From assembly GCA_965205945.1 (NCBI GenBank), contig CBDBIB010000003.1, forward strand, positions 774,238 to 838,237: DNA of 64,000 nucleotides, given 5' to 3'. Both the position numbers and the translations under genes were made by a program. The notes under the pieces are model-generated. The model had not been told where the DNA came from. It did not search any database and saw nothing but the letters and a program-made list of their open reading frames with translations. Within the stretch, counting starts at the first letter, position 1. Each line of letters begins with the position of its first letter. Positions 58,405 to 64,000 of this stretch are shown one piece after another. Origin of the DNA: Bdellovibrionales bacterium (GTDB lineage: Bacteria; Bdellovibrionota; Bdellovibrionia; Bdellovibrionales; UBA1609).

Positions 58405-59800
58405 AGAAATGAGTATAAAAAATATATTAAATAAAAAGCCCCCTTCTAAGAAATTATTTGGAACCGATGGTATTAGAGGAGAGGCGGGAAGTTTTCCTAT
58501 AATTCCAGATATAGTTTTAAAAATTGGACAAGCTTTAGGACATCTTTTAACTAAAGGAAAACAAGAATTAGAAACAACTAAAGTTGTTATTGGGAAAGAT
58601 ACAAGGCTTTCTGGTTATATGGTTGAACAAGCTTTGGCCTCAGGATTAAATTCAGTAGGTGTGCATGTTCAATTAATAGGCCCATTACCAACTCCTGGAA
58701 TAGGTTACCTTGCTCAAAATATGAGGGCTAATGCGGGGATTATTATTTCAGCTTCACATAATCCTTATTATGATAACGGCATTAAAATTTTTAGAAATGA
58801 TGGTTTTAAGATTTTAGATGAGACAGAAGAAGAAATTGAAAAATTAGTTTTAGAAACAAATTTAAATGAGTATTTGGTAAAAGAAGATAAAGTAGGGAGA
58901 ACAAAAAGAATTGAAGATGCGGCAGGAAGATATATAGTATATGCTAAAAGTGCATTCCCACTTAATTTAAGTTTAGAAGGTGTAAAAATTGTTTTAGATT
59001 GTGCTAATGGGGCAGCATATAAAGTGGCACCCATGGTGTTTATAGAATTAGGTGCAGAAGTGGTTGTTTTAAATAATGATCCTGATGGTTTTAATATAAA
59101 TAAAGAATCTGGGGCATTACACCCAGACGTATTAGTTGATGCTGTAAAAAAACATCATGCAGATTTAGGTATTGCTTTAGATGGTGATGCAGATAGAATT
59201 ATAATGGTTGATGAGGAAGGTAAAGTTGTTAATGGTGATGCTATTTTAGCCATAGCAGCTATTCATTTTAAAGAAATTGGTTTATTAAAAAACAACAAAA
59301 TTGTTATAACCTCAATGAGCAATCTTGCTTTAGATGAACTTCTTAATAAAAATGGAATACAAGTTTTAAGAGTGAATGTTGGAGATAAAAATGTTGTAAA
59401 AGCAATGAAAAAGTTAGGTGTAAATGTTGGAGGCGAACAGTCTGGACATATTGTTTTTTTAGACCATTCAACAACTGGAGACGGAATTGTTGCATCCTTA
59501 AAAGTTTTAGAAGTTATGCAAACTAAAAAAGTAAAATTATCATTATTAAGTAATAGATTAAAACCGTACCCACAAAAACAGATTAACATTAAGGTTAAAA
59601 ATAAAAAATCGTTAGAAGAACTTTCAGGATATCAAGAATTACTTAAGAATTTAGAGAGGAAACTTGAAGGTGGAAGAATTATGGTTAGATACTCTGGGAC
59701 AGAGCTTTTTGTAAGAATTTTGGTGGAAGGTAGAAATATAAATTTGATTTCAAAGGTGATTGCTCAAATGGAATCTTTCTTGATAAAAGAACTTACGTAA
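58397..59800 (+). CDS. glmM: Phosphoglucosamine mutase
   Basis: FGTDGIRG, GKDTR.SG, SASHNP, DGDADR, GGEQSGH. Confidence 0.97.
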   Translation: MNKEMSIKNILNKKPPSKKLFGTDGIRGEAGSFPIIPDIVLKIGQALGHLLTKGKQELETTKVVIGKDTRLSGYMVEQALASGLNSVGVHVQLIGPLPTPGIGYLAQNMRANAGIIISASHNPYYDNGIKIFRNDGFKILDETEEEIEKLVLETNLNEYLVKEDKVGRTKRIEDAAGRYIVYAKSAFPLNLSLEGVKIVLDCANGAAYKVAPMVFIELGAEVVVLNNDPDGFNINKESGALHPDVLVDAVKKHHADLGIALDGDADRIIMVDEEGKVVNGDAILAIAAIHFKEIGLLKNNKIVITSMSNLALDELLNKNGIQVLRVNVGDKNVVKAMKKLGVNVGGEQSGHIVFLDHSTTGDGIVASLKVLEVMQTKKVKLSLLSNRLKPYPQKQINIKVKNKKSLEELSGYQELLKNLERKLEGGRIMVRYSGTELFVRILVEGRNINLISKVIAQMESFLIKELT

Positions 59801-59806
59801 AATAAA

Positions 59807-60238
59807 ATGAAAGAAATCTTTATAATTAAAAAAGAACACTCATACATAGAGGTTATAAAAGTTTTATTAAAAAAGAAGAATAAAGTTATTTTTTTAGAAG
59901 GTGAAATGGGAGTAGGTAAAACTACATTTATTATAGAGTTTTTAAAATATTTTAATAAAGGTAGAGTGGAGTTTTCATCTTTAGGAGTTATGTCGCCAAC
60001 TTATAGTATTATTAATGAGTATAGGTTAGGTAAAGATCGTGTTTTACACGCTGACTTTTACCGGATTGATGAAGAGTTTTTTGAATGGGAAGATTTTATT
60101 GAAGAAATAGATGAATCTAGATTTGTATTTATCGAATGGGGTGAAAAAGTGCCTAAAGTAATAGAGAATATAAATATTTATTCAAGAGTTCATATTACTC
60201 AAACTAAAGCAGAAGAACGTAAAATTGCTTTATTTTAA
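59807..60238 (+). CDS. tsaE: tRNA threonylcarbamoyladenosine biosynthesis ATPase
   Basis: GEMGVGKT, SPTYSI, HADFYR, IEW. Confidence 0.93.
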   Translation: MKEIFIIKKEHSYIEVIKVLLKKKNKVIFLEGEMGVGKTTFIIEFLKYFNKGRVEFSSLGVMSPTYSIINEYRLGKDRVLHADFYRIDEEFFEWEDFIEEIDESRFVFIEWGEKVPKVIENINIYSRVHITQTKAEERKIALF

Positions 60239-60881
60239 TTTACCACCCTCTAGTTTAAGATTTAAAAAACCATAGGCTAAAATCCAGAAGGGTACTAAGT
60301 TAAATAAGGCAATTCTTCTATAATATGCTTAAGCTTGTATAAACGCCTTATTAAAGCTCTTAGTCTGCCTTTAAAGTCTAGAGCTTGAGTTTTAAAGAGG
60401 TGGACTTTTTTATTGCTTAATAAACTAGGGATTAATATTTTAAGCCTTATTTAAGCAAGCTGTGACCTAGAAGGTATCATTAAAACGATGTTGGATGCTT
60501 TAGGTAGCAGTTTGTAAAATCTTTGACTAAAGATTGTCGGCTTAATTGACATAACAATATTATTTTTGACAAGAGGGTGTGTAGTGGTATGGATGGGATT
60601 AGAGTTAGTGGGTGGTGGAGGCTTAATCTATACCCTATGCACAGAGAGAGGGGGGTTACTTTGAATCTTATATTAGTGGATATGATCCTTGCACTCGTCT
60701 ATGGTATATCAGATTGCCTTTATAGCGTGTTATCATAAATTTGGACTAAGTGTGTAAGGATTATTACGATGAACTTAAAAAGTAGTAACCAAGGGAGTCT
60801 GAAATTTATGGTTTAAATGGCTTTTAAATGTCTAGGATGAGTCATACTCTGCTTTAAACCGGACAGTAATGAGTTTAATTA

Positions 60882-61490
60882 TTAAGCAGCTTTAAATTTG
60901 GTAGTATAGTTTTTAAATACTTCTAAAGTGTCTAAACCATATTTTTGATTTACAGAGAGCCCAACAAGTATACCTATGAATTCATTGTTTTTAAAAACAG
61001 GAGCGGCAGTAATCCATAATTTATTTGTATTTAAGCCTAATGATAAAAAAAGTTCATTTAATGGTGATAAAGGAGCATAAAAACCATGGAATATAGTTTT
61101 TGTTTGCTTTACAATTCTAAACGGTGAGGGAACTTGGGAGTCTAGAATTAAATGTCTTAAATTTACTAATAAACCATCAAAAGTTTTAGTTTTAAAATAA
61201 TGTTTTTCTTTAGAATATTCCATAAATAGGGCTGATTCATAAAATTGTAGTATTTTTTTTATAGAGTTTTCTATTTGTAATGGTTCTTTAGAATTTAAAA
61301 GAAGATGTTCTTGTTCAGTATTAAGCTGAATATATATACCATTTTGATTAAAAAAGGGTTTTAAATCTTTAGAGCCGCAATAATAGTTTATACCTTCCCA
61401 GGAATATAAATGATAAATACCCGACTGTGAAGAAGGCTTAAGAGCTCCAATAGAAAGCATATGCTTAAACCCAATATCTGTTATTTTCAT
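60882..61490 (-). CDS. Hypothetical protein
   Basis: 202-aa ORF, no recognisable motif. Confidence 0.6.
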   Translation of the reverse strand: MKITDIGFKHMLSIGALKPSSQSGIYHLYSWEGINYYCGSKDLKPFFNQNGIYIQLNTEQEHLLLNSKEPLQIENSIKKILQFYESALFMEYSKEKHYFKTKTFDGLLVNLRHLILDSQVPSPFRIVKQTKTIFHGFYAPLSPLNELFLSLGLNTNKLWITAAPVFKNNEFIGILVGLSVNQKYGLDTLEVFKNYTTKFKAA

Positions 61491-61595
61491 AAATCTTTAT
61501 CGGGTTAGTAAAACTACACATTAGTATGTATCAAAATAAGAATGTAACATAATAGTTGTTGTAAGATTCCCATTACTCAATTAAGTTTTTATTTA

Positions 61596-62477
61596 ATGAC
61601 TACACAAAAAAACACAAAGATTTATGCCAAAATAATATTAATATTATTTTATATTTGGCCTCGCCCAATTAAGAATCTTTTTGCTTATTTACTTGCTTTT
61701 TTTTGGTTTTATATTTTGCAGTTAAGAGTTAGTTTGGCTAAAGCTCAAATAAAGCGTGTTTTTCCAAATAAATCTTCTAAAGAAGTTTCTAAAATAGCCT
61801 TTCAATCTCTTTATAATCTTACTCTTCTTATTTTTGAATACTCTTACTTTCCCTTTGATAATAAGAAAATTATTAAGTATACAAAACTTAAGAACAAAAA
61901 GAATTTTGAAGATATTTTGCAACAAGAAGCCCCTCTTTTTTTTATGTCTGGTCATTTAGGAAATGGAGAGCTTATTCTTTTTAGAATGTGTTTAGAGGGG
62001 TTTAAGCTAAATCTTGTTGCAAAACGTGTGGGGATGAAATTTATAGATTCTTTACTTTTTCAAATCAGAGAGTTTAGTGGTTTAAAACACATTCCTCCTC
62101 AAAAGGGAACTCATGGTATTATAAAGGCTGTTGAAAAAAAAGAACCTGTTGTTTTTGTTCATGATCAATTTAGGCATCCTCCAAGAGGCTTAAAAACAAC
62201 TTTTTTAGGTTTAAAAACTTATACGAATTCAGCTCTTGCATTTTTTGCTCTAAAAACTGGTGCTAAAGTTGTTCCTGTTAATGTATATAGAGAAGGGGAA
62301 CAGGTAGTTGCAGAGTTTTTACCACCTATTCCTTTTGAAAAAAAATATCTGACTGAAGAGGAAAATATTTTACATATGACTCAAGTTTATAATGATGTCT
62401 TAGAAGGATTTATTAAAAAAAAGCCATATGGCTGGATGTGGATACATAAAAGATGGAAACAATTGAAGAAAAAATAG
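61596..62477 (+). CDS. Lipid A biosynthesis acyltransferase (LpxL/HtrB family)
   Basis: HLGNGE, DQ, P..WMWIHKRWK. Confidence 0.9.
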   Translation: MTTQKNTKIYAKIILILFYIWPRPIKNLFAYLLAFFWFYILQLRVSLAKAQIKRVFPNKSSKEVSKIAFQSLYNLTLLIFEYSYFPFDNKKIIKYTKLKNKKNFEDILQQEAPLFFMSGHLGNGELILFRMCLEGFKLNLVAKRVGMKFIDSLLFQIREFSGLKHIPPQKGTHGIIKAVEKKEPVVFVHDQFRHPPRGLKTTFLGLKTYTNSALAFFALKTGAKVVPVNVYREGEQVVAEFLPPIPFEKKYLTEEENILHMTQVYNDVLEGFIKKKPYGWMWIHKRWKQLKKK

Positions 62478-62887
62478 ATATTCTTTTAAAGAAATTCTCA
62501 ATTTTATCTTCTTGGGAAAATCGATATAAAGAGATTATTAAATTAGGAAAAAAACTACCTTTACTTGATAACAACTTTAAAATTCAAGCTTTATTAGTAA
62601 AAGGTTGCCAATCTCAGGTATGGCTTAAAGCGGATCTATCTTTAAATGGAACTCTTATACTAAAAGGAGAATCTGATTCTATCATTGTTCAAGGGCTTTT
62701 ATCTTTATTGATTTTTGTGTATTCAGGTCAAAAACCAGAGGATATTTTAAGCACTCCTCCTGATTTTTTAGAAGATTTAGGATTTAAAAAACATCTAACT
62801 CCAAATAGAGCAAATGGTGTTTACGCAATGGTTAAACAAATATTTTATTATGCTCAAGTATTTCAATTCTTAGAAAAAAAAGCATAA
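62453..62887 (+). CDS. sufE: Fe-S cluster sulfur acceptor SufE
   Basis: WENRY, VKGCQSQVW, SDS.IV.G, LTPNRANG. Confidence 0.93.
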   Translation: METIEEKIDILLKKFSILSSWENRYKEIIKLGKKLPLLDNNFKIQALLVKGCQSQVWLKADLSLNGTLILKGESDSIIVQGLLSLLIFVYSGQKPEDILSTPPDFLEDLGFKKHLTPNRANGVYAMVKQIFYYAQVFQFLEKKA

Positions 62888-62919
62888 TATACAAAGACTA
62901 CTATATTAAGGATTACTTT

Positions 62920-63636
62920 ATGGGTAAAGGATGGAAGAATCCAATTAAGACTGCTAACTCAGCAAAAAAAGGAGTAAAATTTTCAAAATTAGCTAAAGAA
63001 ATCCAAATGGCCGCAAAACTTGGTGGCGTAGATATAGAGACGAATGCACGACTTCGTTTAGCCATTGATATTGCAAAAGCTGAGTCTTGTCCTAAAGATA
63101 CTATTCAAAGAGCTATTAATAAAGGAGCAGGGCTTTTACAGGGTGAAGCTCAAATTGAAGAAATTTTATATGAAGGGTTTGGGCCTGGGAAAGTAGGTAT
63201 TTTAGTTGAATGTCAGACTGATAATAGAGCTAGAACTGCAACAGATATTAGAGTTATTTTTAATAAGAATAATGGTCGTATTGCTGAATTTGGGTCTATT
63301 ACATGGATGTTTGATCGTGTAGGTTTACTTAAAGGGTTTAATACAAATACAAAGCTTGATATTGAAGAGGAGGCTATTAAAGTAGGTGCTCTTGATGTTG
63401 AACCTTTTAATGTCATAGGTTTAGGTGCTCTTTTTTATACAGCACCAAATGAATTAGATATTGTAAGAAAAACATTAATAAATCGTGGTTGGATTATTGA
63501 AGTTATGGAACTTTCTTATAAATCAAAAAATATGACAGAAATAAGTGATGAGGAGAAAATAACATTAACTAATTTACTTAAAAAACTTGATGATAATGAA
63601 GACAGCCATAGAGTTTATTTTACTGCTTTATTGTAG
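62920..63636 (+). CDS. yebC: YebC/PmpR family protein
   Basis: N.RLR.AI, YEGFGPG, TDNR.RT, WMFDR.G. Confidence 0.93.
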   Translation: MGKGWKNPIKTANSAKKGVKFSKLAKEIQMAAKLGGVDIETNARLRLAIDIAKAESCPKDTIQRAINKGAGLLQGEAQIEEILYEGFGPGKVGILVECQTDNRARTATDIRVIFNKNNGRIAEFGSITWMFDRVGLLKGFNTNTKLDIEEEAIKVGALDVEPFNVIGLGALFYTAPNELDIVRKTLINRGWIIEVMELSYKSKNMTEISDEEKITLTNLLKKLDDNEDSHRVYFTALL

Positions 63637-64000
63637 ATATTTAGATAAATTCTTTTAAAATATAAAAATTTGTCTAGCTAGTAATAATTAAACCTAAATT
63701 TTTAATCTTTTTTTGTAATTAGATTTTAAGCAATAAGTATAACATTATTTTTTAAGTTTTATAACAGGTTAATGTATTTTAAAAACTTTTTATTATGGGG
63801 GTTAAGTAGATCATTAATCATGGTTTAGGATAGATTAAAATCATGTAAACTATTTAACTTATTAAGTTTTTTTATAGACAAGAGCTGTATTAAATGAATA
63901 AAGAGGGGGTGGAATGAGGAGATCTAGAAAAGAGCTGTTTTTATAAATTACTAATTATTTAAACCAGATTTGATTATTTTATGGTTAACATCTTACATAA

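Overview
AT-rich bacterial chromosome segment, most likely Bdellovibrionota (inferred from a RomR homologue, a YQNC-type lipoprotein and the def-fmt-rpe-hut gene order). Most of it is housekeeping: rpmB, rplX, hppA, lpxD, infA, topA, lptG, def-fmt-rpe-hutHUI, glpK, pgsA, glpX, tilS-ftsH-cdaA-cdaR-glmM-tsaE, lipid A acyltransferase, sufE and yebC. Three minus-strand tRNA genes are present (fMet, Asp, Gly). The most striking observation is that all three tRNA 3' ends are fused, exactly at the CCA, to the left terminus of an IS481-like element; for tRNA-Gly this is the displaced attachment-site copy. In two cases the fused piece includes the transposase Shine-Dalgarno and start codon in antisense, and older degenerate copies lie further out. 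A ~5 kb integrase island at tRNA-Gly carries an AbiE-like type IV toxin-antitoxin pair and was immobilised by an IS3-associated deletion. Other oddities: a frameshifted HigB toxin, a NadC with altered active-site motifs coupled to romR, a shell-less signal-peptide RHS protein, an OmpA protein with unusual Gly/Tyr repeats and a BspA repeat remnant.
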